From the IMG/VR virus record IMGVR_UViG_3300027710_000009: 64,000 bases of DNA; one strand, 5' to 3'. Under the pieces are notes generated by a model that made no database searches, was not told where the DNA came from, and was given only the letters and a program-made list of their open reading frames with translations. This DNA comes from a virus (taxonomy: Duplodnaviria; Heunggongvirae; Uroviricota; Caudoviricetes). Made by a program: the position numbers and the translations under genes. Every line of letters starts with the position of its first letter. Positions within the stretch are counted from its first letter, which is position 1. Positions 6,229 to 14,867 of the stretch are shown here, piece after piece.

Positions 6229-6677
6229 ACACTCACGTCTTCCATGCCAGCTGTGCGTAATCTAACAATGTGCCCAAGCATGAAGTTTTTACTTTCAATG
6301 CCTTTCATGATACCCAACCAACGGTTACGCAACAAAGCCACTTCATTGATGATTGTTTCAAAATCAATCACTTCGTCTTCACCATCCACATACTTTTCAG
6401 CATCACGTGATGTAAGTGCTCGATTGTAAGATTCAAGATACTTCTGAAAGTGTTTTCTACGTATTTTCCGCAATTGAATATTCAGGTGTTCAAGCACCGC
6501 TTCAATCTCTTGTAGCTGATTAAATCGATGCTCGGTCAGCCCTGGCAAATCGCTTATGCGTTGTTCAACACGGCCAGCAATGGCCACGTCTCGCTTGGCA
6601 GCAATCATTTCTGCTTCATAGAAAGCAATGAAGTCAGGAATATTACCAAGGTCCTGAACTACCTTGTTATACCACAT
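6225..6677 (-). CDS. uvsY: Recombination mediator UvsY
   Basis: Helical 150 aa with YLESYNRALTSRDAEKYVDGE; next to uvsX and gp32. Confidence 0.8.
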   Translation of the reverse strand: MWYNKVVQDLGNIPDFIAFYEAEMIAAKRDVAIAGRVEQRISDLPGLTEHRFNQLQEIEAVLEHLNIQLRKIRRKHFQKYLESYNRALTSRDAEKYVDGEDEVIDFETIINEVALLRNRWLGIMKGIESKNFMLGHIVRLRTAGMEDVSV

Positions 6678-6920
6678 TTAGTCTTCTTCGCCGTCGTCAA
6701 AGTTATCTTCGTCAACTTCCTCATCGTCATGGAAGTATTCTTCGCATGAACGTTGAAGATATGAGTCGCATCCAGAAAATGCCTTAAGGTCTTTTTCGGA
6801 TATACCATCCATATCGGTTAGTATACTAAACAAATGGTCTGCCACCGCCTGGCGATCTTTTGAGCTAATGTATTCTTTCATTACTCCATAAGTTTCGCAC
6901 AAAACTTCTACATCAATCAT
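6678..6920 (-). CDS. Hypothetical acidic protein
   Basis: 80-aa ORF coupled to uvsX (ATGA overlap). Confidence 0.7.
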   Translation of the reverse strand: MIDVEVLCETYGVMKEYISSKDRQAVADHLFSILTDMDGISEKDLKAFSGCDSYLQRSCEEYFHDDEEVDEDNFDDGEED

Positions 6921-7984
6921 TCTACTGGTTCCTCTTCTGATAATTGGGCAGTAACCACGTGATGTGGATTCTTTACAAAGTCCTCCATGACCTTGTCTAG
7001 TGAACTGTTTTCATTGCGTTCCCAAGCCTTGCGAAACTGCTTGATAACTGTGCCATCGCCCAGGGTGTATTTAAGACTGTTGCCTTCTTTGGTCAATAAA
7101 CCTTTTGCTTCCAACATGTCTGTCATGCCCGAGTATGGACTCATGCCTGACTCATATGGAATCTTGACCTGTACTGATTCAAACGGTTTAGCATAACGAG
7201 TTTTCATGACCTTGCAAGCGGCACGAATACCTTTTACTTCTGAAATCTTGTTGCCGTCTTCGTCTTCCTTCAGTTTCAATTTACGCATGGCAACCACAAT
7301 TGAGCTGGCATAGATAAAGCCTTGTCCACCACTGATTTTATCATCTGGATCAAACATGTCCTGACTTGCATAAGTGTGATTTGTACAAACCAAACCTAAA
7401 TTCAAATCGCCAAACATGTTAACACAGTTTCTTACTAGAGCAGTAAGTGCTTTGGGTTTACGACCAAGATCGCCTTTCATTTCACCTGCTTCAAACTGAT
7501 TCACGTCAGTTGGAGTAAGCAACATGCCCAAGCTGTCAATAACAAACAGCACCTTAGGACGTTCTGTTTCAGGAATAGTTTTGTATTCCTTTACAAAGTC
7601 TGAGATAACTTTGGCCAGGTCATCGATCATGGCCATGTTCAACTTGAGCAGTTTGTCGTCTGTGGTTTGTACACCAAGAGCATGCAACCACTTTTCATCC
7701 AGTGCGTTTTCACTATCTACCAAGATAACATAGATACCTTGATCTTGTGCGTTCTTAATCAAATTGCCCGAACAGATAAAAGATTTGCCTGCACCTGATT
7801 CGCCAGCAAACACAGTAACTTTGCCCATTGGAATACCTCGATCAAAGGCTCCAGAGATCAGATAGTTTAGTGTGTAGTTGCCTGTGCTGATCCATGTGTC
7901 GGGATCTTTGAAGCCAACACTGATACCGTCAATGCTTTTTGTAATTGATTTTCTAAATTTACTTACGTCAAAAGGTTTTGCCAT
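6917..7984 (-). CDS. uvsX: RecA-like recombinase UvsX
   Basis: Walker A GESGAGKS; DSENALD; VIDSLG; ISGGQG. Confidence 0.95.
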   Translation of the reverse strand: MAKPFDVSKFRKSITKSIDGISVGFKDPDTWISTGNYTLNYLISGAFDRGIPMGKVTVFAGESGAGKSFICSGNLIKNAQDQGIYVILVDSENALDEKWLHALGVQTTDDKLLKLNMAMIDDLAKVISDFVKEYKTIPETERPKVLFVIDSLGMLLTPTDVNQFEAGEMKGDLGRKPKALTALVRNCVNMFGDLNLGLVCTNHTYASQDMFDPDDKISGGQGFIYASSIVVAMRKLKLKEDEDGNKISEVKGIRAACKVMKTRYAKPFESVQVKIPYESGMSPYSGMTDMLEAKGLLTKEGNSLKYTLGDGTVIKQFRKAWERNENSSLDKVMEDFVKNPHHVVTAQLSEEEPVE

Positions 7985-8052
7985 ATTTTTCTCCGTGTTG
8001 ATATATTAGCAGAAAGAGAGCTAGAGGTCAACCCTAGCTCTCTCATGATAGA

Positions 8053-9048
8053 TTACTGCTTTTGACGATTGCGGATCATGGCCAGGATATCTTCTGCGCG
8101 AGCATTAGATTTTGCTGGTTGAACCGGTGCTGTTGCTTCAGGAGCATCCTCGTCGGGTGTTGCTACTGGTGCTGGACGAGCCGCAGTTGTTGCAACTGGT
8201 ACGTCATCCTCAGCGTCATCATGAGCCACTCGTGTTGCCGCTGCCGGCTTGTCGCCACCTGCAAAGCCTGCTGGCTTGTAGTACTGGCTCCAACGATCTG
8301 GATCATATGCTTGGCCGTCAACTGAAGCTTCAAACATTTCTTTGATCACTTTGAGTTCAACATCGCTAGGCTTCTTGGGCAAGAAGTCTGACAAATTAAA
8401 CAAACCGAATTGGTCAATTGATGCTTGTTCTGCACTTGTGATTGCAGATTCTTTACGTGCCCAGCTAGAAGTGCTGTAGTCAGCGTAACCACCTTTGGAT
8501 GTTTTCTTGATAGTAAAATCAAGTCCGCCAGTGTAGTCAGTTGGCAAGTTCTCCATTTCAGGATCCATCAACGCATTTTTAATGATGTTGAAGATCTGTG
8601 GACTAATGATGAAACGACGGATTGGATTCTCCGGTGTCTTGTCATCGCCCATTGGGTTTTCGTGTACAAAGCCCTGGAACAAATAACTTTTCTTCTTCCA
8701 GTACTTGCGACCCATTTCTTCCAAACTCTTGTCTTTGAACCATGTGCGCACTTCTGCAAGCACAGGGCATGCTTCACCATACATCTCCACGCATGGAACT
8801 TGTACGATAACAGGCTTTGAGTCTGCTTGACCTTTGATGCCAGCAAATGGCAAACGGATCATTAGACGTTCGACCCAGAAGAAAGAATTTTTGGAATTGC
8901 CGTCTGGTAGAAAACGGACTTTTGCTGTGGAACCTTCTGCAATGTTCCAGTGAGCGTAGATGGCATTGTCGCCACCTGTTGAGTTACCGCCTGTGCGGCT
9001 TTCTTGCGCTTGTAGTTTTGCGCGGATTTCTGCGAGAGATGTAGCCAT
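8053..9048 (-). CDS. Single-stranded DNA-binding protein, gp32-like
   Basis: VRFLPD, CPV, YWKKKSY, DF.IKKTSKGGYADYSTS; acidic Pro/Ala-rich tail. Confidence 0.9.
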   Translation of the reverse strand: MATSLAEIRAKLQAQESRTGGNSTGGDNAIYAHWNIAEGSTAKVRFLPDGNSKNSFFWVERLMIRLPFAGIKGQADSKPVIVQVPCVEMYGEACPVLAEVRTWFKDKSLEEMGRKYWKKKSYLFQGFVHENPMGDDKTPENPIRRFIISPQIFNIIKNALMDPEMENLPTDYTGGLDFTIKKTSKGGYADYSTSSWARKESAITSAEQASIDQFGLFNLSDFLPKKPSDVELKVIKEMFEASVDGQAYDPDRWSQYYKPAGFAGGDKPAAATRVAHDDAEDDVPVATTAARPAPVATPDEDAPEATAPVQPAKSNARAEDILAMIRNRQKQ

Positions 9049-9142
9049 GATAATTTTCCTTTATAGTTTAAGATGGTCTTTATGTGCCTAGATACACACT
9101 AGCACCGTGCTAGTATATAACATTAGTATTTAGCAAGTCAAT

Positions 9143-9168
9143 AAAAAAGGCGCAAATTTTGCGCCTTT
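9143..9168 (-). terminator. Intrinsic terminator
   Basis: AAAGGCGCAAAATTTGCGCCTTTTTT. Confidence 0.75.
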
Positions 9169-9184
9169 GGTAGAATAGTTCGAA

Positions 9185-9580
9185 TCACATGTTTGGTTGT
9201 GTTTGTGTTATGGCAATAGTAAACTCGCCGCCCACGGGTTGATCGAATCGCCAACCTTTTTGTCTAAACATGTTGTAGTAAGGATCAATCACTTTGCTAA
9301 CATTCTGAGGACTTACTACGCCTTCTTGGTTGGCGTGTTGTGGATCCATGGTGCCTGGGTGACCCTGAATCACAGTTGCTGATCCGTCTTGATTGAATTT
9401 ATGACTAAATCCATATTGTCCTGGCGTTGTGCCAAAATAACCATTCAATTTGTTAACAATTTCTTCAGCGTATTTGGCTGTGGCCTGTGGATCAATTGGT
9501 GCATTTGCCGCAGGCATTGCTTCTTCAACAGAAGCTTCAGTAATTAGATCTGCGTATTTTCTAAAAAACTTTGGGTCCAT
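9185..9580 (-). CDS. Hypothetical protein, possible internal head protein
   Basis: 131 aa; N-terminus MDPKFFRKYADLITE. Confidence 0.65.
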   Translation of the reverse strand: MDPKFFRKYADLITEASVEEAMPAANAPIDPQATAKYAEEIVNKLNGYFGTTPGQYGFSHKFNQDGSATVIQGHPGTMDPQHANQEGVVSPQNVSKVIDPYYNMFRQKGWRFDQPVGGEFTIAITQTQPNM

Positions 9581-9595
9581 GTTATTTCCTCAATT

Positions 9596-11377
9596 TTATT
9601 TTACAAGGAGACCAGCAATTCGAAGCATCTGAACTAGATCTGCATCCTCGCTGACCACGCCACCTGAGTTTTGGCCAGCTGGTGTATTGGCCGCAGTTGG
9701 TTGTGGTGGTGGTGGAGTTTCTGGTGCAGGCTGTGCAGGCGGTGTATCAAACTCAGATGTTTCCAATCCTAGTTTTTGGTATATGTTTGGCCAGTTGTCT
9801 TTGAGCCATTCTTTGATTGCTGGCACAGCATCTGCATCCTCGCCAAGGTCATCCACTAGATCATGCAAGGTGTCAAACAAAGTGTCGTCGCCAATGATGT
9901 CATACAACACTGACGTTACATTGGTTGCGTCCATGCCAAACGGCAGTGGCTTGGCCAATAGTTGTTGTAGTTGTTGCAGGTCTTCAGGCGTTTCAGGAAT
10001 AGCCCAGGTGCCTTCGTCTAGTAGATCCACACCTGGGTCAAGGTCTTCTGCCACTTGATATTCTGCTTCGTAACGTAGATTTTGATTTTCTTTGAGATTG
10101 CGTAGGTCGCGTAGATAGTGTGTGGCCAATTGTACTGCTAGTGTACGTGAGGGTGATTGACTGTCGTCTTCGGTTATTGTATCGTATTGTGTTGCCCAGT
10201 GTTTTGCAAATTCTGCTACCTCAGGCATGGTGGTAGCACGATTGGCAATATCTTCTAAAACAGATTTTACCAAGGTGCTGGGGTCTGAGAATCTGAGCAT
10301 CTTCATGTATTCATCCATGCCTTCATTGGTTGCTAGTGCAAGTACAGATTGGCCTTCAATGATATCCGTGATGGACTGAATTTGATTTTGTTTTCTTTGC
10401 TCGTGTAGCTGATATGCTTTGTATACATGTGGTAATGCCGCTGTCATGCGGTCATCAAAAATTTTCTTGACAAAACGTTCTTTGAGATCGTTCACGTCCA
10501 TTTCGTCCAATTGAGTTGTTTGTGGCTCAAACGATTCAATAAATTGATTGTATGATCTTGTGCCGCGCAAAGAATTCAATTGATGGTGCAGGTGATTATA
10601 GTGTGCAACTGCGGCTTCAACCATGGTCTTGGTCACGTTGTCTTCAAACACACGACGGCGCATGCCTCGTACAAATGTACCAAGCTCATTCATCTCTTTG
10701 ACAGTTTCATTGATGAACGATCCAACATCATCATAAGGATTGCCGCCTTCGCTGATGTGTCGTGCCATTGCACGTGCGGCGCTTAGTTTGTTGTGTTCTA
10801 GTTTGAAACGTTCACCTTGTGAATTTTCAACATAGATAGCGTTGATGTGTCTTGCACGACTACCGCGCACTTCTGGATTGACACTTTCGGTGTGTACAAT
10901 ACGAATACGGGCAGAGCCAATATTTTCAAAACTGTGCTTGGGTGTGCCGTACAGCCTGCTCTCAGTCACTTTTACATCACCTGAGTCAAATGTAGAATCT
11001 GCGTGTGTCACTTGCTGTATGTCCTTGATGTTAAGGTTGCTCCTGGTTATATCTCGAGTGTCAAATGTCATTAGGTTGCGCCGAGCAAATTTGCGCATTT
11101 CATATAAAAAGGCATACCACTCTTTGAGTTGGTCAGGGTCAAGTTTATCGCTGATATTTTTGCTAAAGTAGATTTTTAAGCTGTCATTGTCAATGATGCT
11201 GAGTGTTATATTTCCAAACTCTTCGCCATCTTTGCTGGTGTAATTAAAGTTGAAAAATCTAGCTTTTTCGGGTGCGGCAGTAGCTTGTGCTTTATCGTCG
11301 CCCAAGCTCACATCTTCAAATCTGCTACGGACTTTTTCAAACAATGCTTCTGCAATTTTATCAATATCTTGTGCCAT
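9596..11377 (-). CDS. Hypothetical protein, probably head-associated
   Basis: 593 aa; late box 5 nt upstream; C-terminal MLRIAGL resembles the scaffold C-terminus. Confidence 0.65.
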   Translation of the reverse strand: MAQDIDKIAEALFEKVRSRFEDVSLGDDKAQATAAPEKARFFNFNYTSKDGEEFGNITLSIIDNDSLKIYFSKNISDKLDPDQLKEWYAFLYEMRKFARRNLMTFDTRDITRSNLNIKDIQQVTHADSTFDSGDVKVTESRLYGTPKHSFENIGSARIRIVHTESVNPEVRGSRARHINAIYVENSQGERFKLEHNKLSAARAMARHISEGGNPYDDVGSFINETVKEMNELGTFVRGMRRRVFEDNVTKTMVEAAVAHYNHLHHQLNSLRGTRSYNQFIESFEPQTTQLDEMDVNDLKERFVKKIFDDRMTAALPHVYKAYQLHEQRKQNQIQSITDIIEGQSVLALATNEGMDEYMKMLRFSDPSTLVKSVLEDIANRATTMPEVAEFAKHWATQYDTITEDDSQSPSRTLAVQLATHYLRDLRNLKENQNLRYEAEYQVAEDLDPGVDLLDEGTWAIPETPEDLQQLQQLLAKPLPFGMDATNVTSVLYDIIGDDTLFDTLHDLVDDLGEDADAVPAIKEWLKDNWPNIYQKLGLETSEFDTPPAQPAPETPPPPQPTAANTPAGQNSGGVVSEDADLVQMLRIAGLLVK

Positions 11378-11405
11378 GTGTGTATTTAGCTTTTTGACTC
11401 TAACG

Positions 11406-12968
11406 TTAGATCATGATAAAAGGCATGGGTTCTACAAAATCTTCCACGCTGTCACGTACATAGCTATCTAAACTGGCGTCAAATTCCTTGACAAACTGTA
11501 GCATACGCACAACCAACAGCATGCTCATGACCAAATCATCAGTTTCGCCTTCTTTGGCTTCGTAGCCAGCACCTTTGGCAATGAACGTTTTTAATTCTGA
11601 TATTAAGTTTTTGCTGGCAATTTTTAATTTGCTGTTTTCAACCAGTTGCTTGAATTTGGCACAAGCCGCCAGCTTGGATTTGTTGCTGGTATTAAAGCCC
11701 TTGCGCCAGATGTTGTTTGATCCAGGTCTGCGTGGCTCGCTGATAAAAATACCTGGAATGTTTTCTTCGCCAATTTCTGCAATCGCAACCAGTGCGGCTT
11801 CGCCCAGCGTGTTGTTTTCTACAGAGTAGTAAACATCAATATTGCTGCCTATTGCGTCAACAATGTACTTGTTGATTTCTTTGAGAATGACCACTTGCTT
11901 TTGTATGGGTGTTTTGTTATGTTGCCATTCAGCCACTTGCATGAGGCTAGGCAATTCCACAACTTGTATGGCGCTGGGATCTCCACCTGTGCCCAAGCTG
12001 GGATCTAGTCCTACCAAATAGGTACAACCTTTTTGTGGTTTTTTATACCAGCGCACTTGTCCTTGACGTTCCAGTGGCTCAATGCCTGCCATTTCAATCA
12101 GGTGAATTGGATTAATCAGTGTTTCATCAAAGATCAAGAATTCACATTCCATTTCACGACGGAAACGTTCTTCGCCTAGTTGGGCTTTCATTTCATGTGC
12201 CCATGCATCGTCACGGTCTGGATGTTCTTGCCATTTTGAACGATAGGCTTTGAAGCCATTGGTGCCCACTTCTGTTTCGTTGCCAAACTCATCCATGCAT
12301 TTGTTTGCCTGGCGCCAGATTTGTGAGAATTGATCTTCGTCAGAGTTGGGTGTGCTTGTGATAATACACTTACCACCTGTTGACAGTGTGGGCGCAATAG
12401 AAGTCCAAAACTCAGTGGCAATGCTGGGGCGTACGAATGCAAACTCGTCCATGTACAGCAATGAAATACTCATACCACGACCAGTATTTTCTGTTGTGGT
12501 TTGTGCCACTATACGTGACCCGTTGTCAAAATCAATTGAACCTTTGTTGTAGCTGGTAACACCTGCTCGAATAAAGTCAGGACAGTTTTCATATGCATAA
12601 CGAATACGTTGCATGATTTCCTGCGCACCCAAATACTTGTGAGCCGCTACTAGAATAGTACTATCAGCTACAAACATTGCATACCATAATAAATACCCTG
12701 CGGCAGACGTTGATTTCCCCGTTTGTCTTGGCATTAAGCTGATAGAGTATCTATAATTGTGATACGTGTCAATGAGACGTTTTTGATAGTCCCATGGATG
12801 ATACTGCATGCTACCCTTCATAGGATGCTGTATGTAAAAGTAGTTGTCCATGAAGTATTGTGGACCCGTGATAGGGTCTGCACAACGGGCAATTTCAAGG
12901 ATCTGCTGTTCGGTAAAGCTCTCCTGTTGGTGAGCTTTTTTTACAATAACGCTTTCAAGTGTAGACAT
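11406..12968 (-). CDS. Terminase large subunit (gp17-like)
   Basis: PRQTGKS Walker A; LLYMDEFAF Walker B; ITSTPN; nuclease GLDPS...DDLVM. Confidence 0.96.
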   Translation of the reverse strand: MSTLESVIVKKAHQQESFTEQQILEIARCADPITGPQYFMDNYFYIQHPMKGSMQYHPWDYQKRLIDTYHNYRYSISLMPRQTGKSTSAAGYLLWYAMFVADSTILVAAHKYLGAQEIMQRIRYAYENCPDFIRAGVTSYNKGSIDFDNGSRIVAQTTTENTGRGMSISLLYMDEFAFVRPSIATEFWTSIAPTLSTGGKCIITSTPNSDEDQFSQIWRQANKCMDEFGNETEVGTNGFKAYRSKWQEHPDRDDAWAHEMKAQLGEERFRREMECEFLIFDETLINPIHLIEMAGIEPLERQGQVRWYKKPQKGCTYLVGLDPSLGTGGDPSAIQVVELPSLMQVAEWQHNKTPIQKQVVILKEINKYIVDAIGSNIDVYYSVENNTLGEAALVAIAEIGEENIPGIFISEPRRPGSNNIWRKGFNTSNKSKLAACAKFKQLVENSKLKIASKNLISELKTFIAKGAGYEAKEGETDDLVMSMLLVVRMLQFVKEFDASLDSYVRDSVEDFVEPMPFIMI

Positions 12969-12982
12969 AATAAGTATTTAAC
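12969..12982. promoter_or_regulatory. Overlapping divergent late-type promoter boxes
   Basis: TAAGTA (+, 12971-12976) and TAAATA (-, 12980-12975), each 6 nt from an ATG. Confidence 0.6.
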
Positions 12983-13513
12983 ATGAACTGCCTTCTTCTA
13001 AACTCTAATTACGAGCCTATTTCTATCCTGCCATTGAGCATTATCAATTGGCAACATGCTATCAAATTGATGTTTCTGGATAGAATCACTGTGCTCGAAG
13101 AATACGAGAATCACGTTGCTCGTAGCGCCAGCTTGACTATTCATTACCCTGCGGTTGCTGTGACCAAAAACTATTTCAACAACAAGAAGGGTGTGCGCTT
13201 TAGCCGTGCTAACTTGTACTTACGTGACTTGTATCAGTGCCAATACTGCGGCGATACATTTGACAACAACGAGCTGACCATTGATCACATGGTTCCAAAA
13301 GCATCAGGTGGTAAAGTAAACTGGGAAAATGCGGTAACTGCTTGCAAGACTTGCAATCACAAAAAAGGCACCAAGCTGTGGAAGCCAATGAACATGCCTT
13401 ACAAGCCAGACTACTACCAATTGGTCAACAAGTGGAAAGGCCGTCCTGTGCATATCCAGCACTCAAGTTGGTACCAGTATCTGGGTATTGAAGATCAACG
13501 GGCCACTGGCTAG
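12983..13513 (+). CDS. HNH endonuclease
   Basis: RDLYQCQYCG...TIDHMVPKASGG...WENAVTACKTCNHKKG. Confidence 0.92.
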   Translation: MNCLLLNSNYEPISILPLSIINWQHAIKLMFLDRITVLEEYENHVARSASLTIHYPAVAVTKNYFNNKKGVRFSRANLYLRDLYQCQYCGDTFDNNELTIDHMVPKASGGKVNWENAVTACKTCNHKKGTKLWKPMNMPYKPDYYQLVNKWKGRPVHIQHSSWYQYLGIEDQRATG

Positions 13514-13710
13514 ACTGGTTTTTCGCCTGTCCAGTAAGGCAGACTGAACCACAGGCGAAACCATTCAGGTGTGCCTGGTTGTATGTTGTGCTGTTTTTCT
13601 AGCTCTCGCTTTTCCGTACCAGTAACACTGATGTTCATGCCAGTATACTGCGACCAGTCTGGTTGCTGGCATGTGCCACTCAGCTTGCGGAGTTCTTCAA
13701 TTGGATCCAT
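13510..13710 (-). CDS. Small hypothetical protein (66 aa; start moved to MDPIEEL)
   Basis: TAATG coupling with the upstream gene; HNIQPGTPEWFRLWF motif. Confidence 0.7.
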   Translation of the reverse strand: MDPIEELRKLSGTCQQPDWSQYTGMNISVTGTEKRELEKQHNIQPGTPEWFRLWFSLPYWTGEKPV

Positions 13711-13961
13711 TATTTGCCAAACCATAAAGCAAACCACGCAGGGGTGCCTGGTTTGATATTGTGCTCTTTCATGTAACGAGCTTTGTTGTTTTGTGGATTG
13801 TCTTTTTGCCAGGCTTGCAATTGAGAGTAGTCACGCTTGGGTGCTTCTTCTCCGCGGGCAATTTGAAAGATAGGATCGTTTACATCTAGTACAGCATCTT
13901 CATGCCCAGCATCATGTTCAGCTAAGCCAAAATCTGACCTAGTGAATACTCGCTGTTTCAT
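13710..13961 (-). CDS. Small hypothetical protein, paralogue of the downstream gene
   Basis: HNIKPGTPAWFALWF motif. Confidence 0.7.
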   Translation of the reverse strand: MKQRVFTRSDFGLAEHDAGHEDAVLDVNDPIFQIARGEEAPKRDYSQLQAWQKDNPQNNKARYMKEHNIKPGTPAWFALWFGK

Positions 13962-14038
13962 TAGTGTTGTCCGTAAGGATTAACAGGGCGGTCGTATCCG
14001 TCTGGCTCAGGATACACAGGATATTGATTTGGGTTCAT
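13961..14038 (-). CDS. 25-aa microprotein MNPNQYPVYPEPDGYDRPVNPYGQH
   Basis: Fills the gap exactly: ATGA overlap upstream, TAATG overlap downstream. Confidence 0.65.
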   Translation of the reverse strand: MNPNQYPVYPEPDGYDRPVNPYGQH

Positions 14039-14856
14039 TCAGCGGTGCCCTTGCACTTGGCACGTTTGGCATTGGTCAATGCACCGTAGTCCACTGGCCA
14101 AATTTGTCCGCCCGGCACTTCTTTGGCATTAGCAGGGAAAGCAAATGCAACACCCGATGCTTTTTCAACAGCATCAATACTTGCACGAACTGCAACCAAG
14201 TCGTTGCCTTGTCCTGGACGATGGTCAAATGCAAATGCCATTACTTCGCCTGTTACTGTGTCAGTTACAATCTTGTAAAAGCCACGTGGTACTACAACTT
14301 GATTGGCGCCAATGGTTTTGTCACCAGCGCCATATATAGCTCCAACGTATACCACAAGGGTATGGCCACGTTGAACTGCCCACCCGCGGGTCGCAGTTTC
14401 TAATAATTTCCAAATTCCACGATTGAACCCCGGGAGTTGTGGATACATGTTTGTTAGTAAAAAACTTTCTTTTTCCGCACGGTCATTAAAACTCATGTCA
14501 CCATTGGGTGCCACGTGTCCAATATCATATCCTGACTTGGCATAGTCTGCTAGTTCAGCACGAGATCCTTTGGGAATACTTTGATCTGGTGCAAAGCCAT
14601 TTGAACGTGGTACACAGCCCAGTGCGTTCTGTGGGGTTAGTGTGTAACTGACCCACACAGGAATACGTGCGGCTGTGTCGTTTAGTGTAACATAACTTTG
14701 ACGACAAATAGCCACTCCGGGTTTTTTGGTTTGTGGAAAACCGTACGGTGCTTGTGCCTGGCATTGTGCTACAGGTAATGGTGGCCATTGTTCCCAGGCA
14801 TGTGCTGTGGTAGCAAATAGTGCTATCGCTATAATTGAAATCCAGTGTTTCATCAA
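14035..14856 (-). CDS. DNA/RNA non-specific endonuclease (NucA/EndoG family) with signal peptide
   Basis: SGYDIGHVAP; SFLLTNMYPQLPGFNRGIWK.LE; signal peptide ending AHA. Confidence 0.9.
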   Translation of the reverse strand: MMKHWISIIAIALFATTAHAWEQWPPLPVAQCQAQAPYGFPQTKKPGVAICRQSYVTLNDTAARIPVWVSYTLTPQNALGCVPRSNGFAPDQSIPKGSRAELADYAKSGYDIGHVAPNGDMSFNDRAEKESFLLTNMYPQLPGFNRGIWKLLETATRGWAVQRGHTLVVYVGAIYGAGDKTIGANQVVVPRGFYKIVTDTVTGEVMAFAFDHRPGQGNDLVAVRASIDAVEKASGVAFAFPANAKEVPGGQIWPVDYGALTNAKRAKCKGTAE

Positions 14857-14867
14857 TGATCCTTGAG

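Noticed and set aside
6917-12968. Inteins or introns in UvsX or terminase
   Set aside because: Both are of normal length with contiguous motifs.
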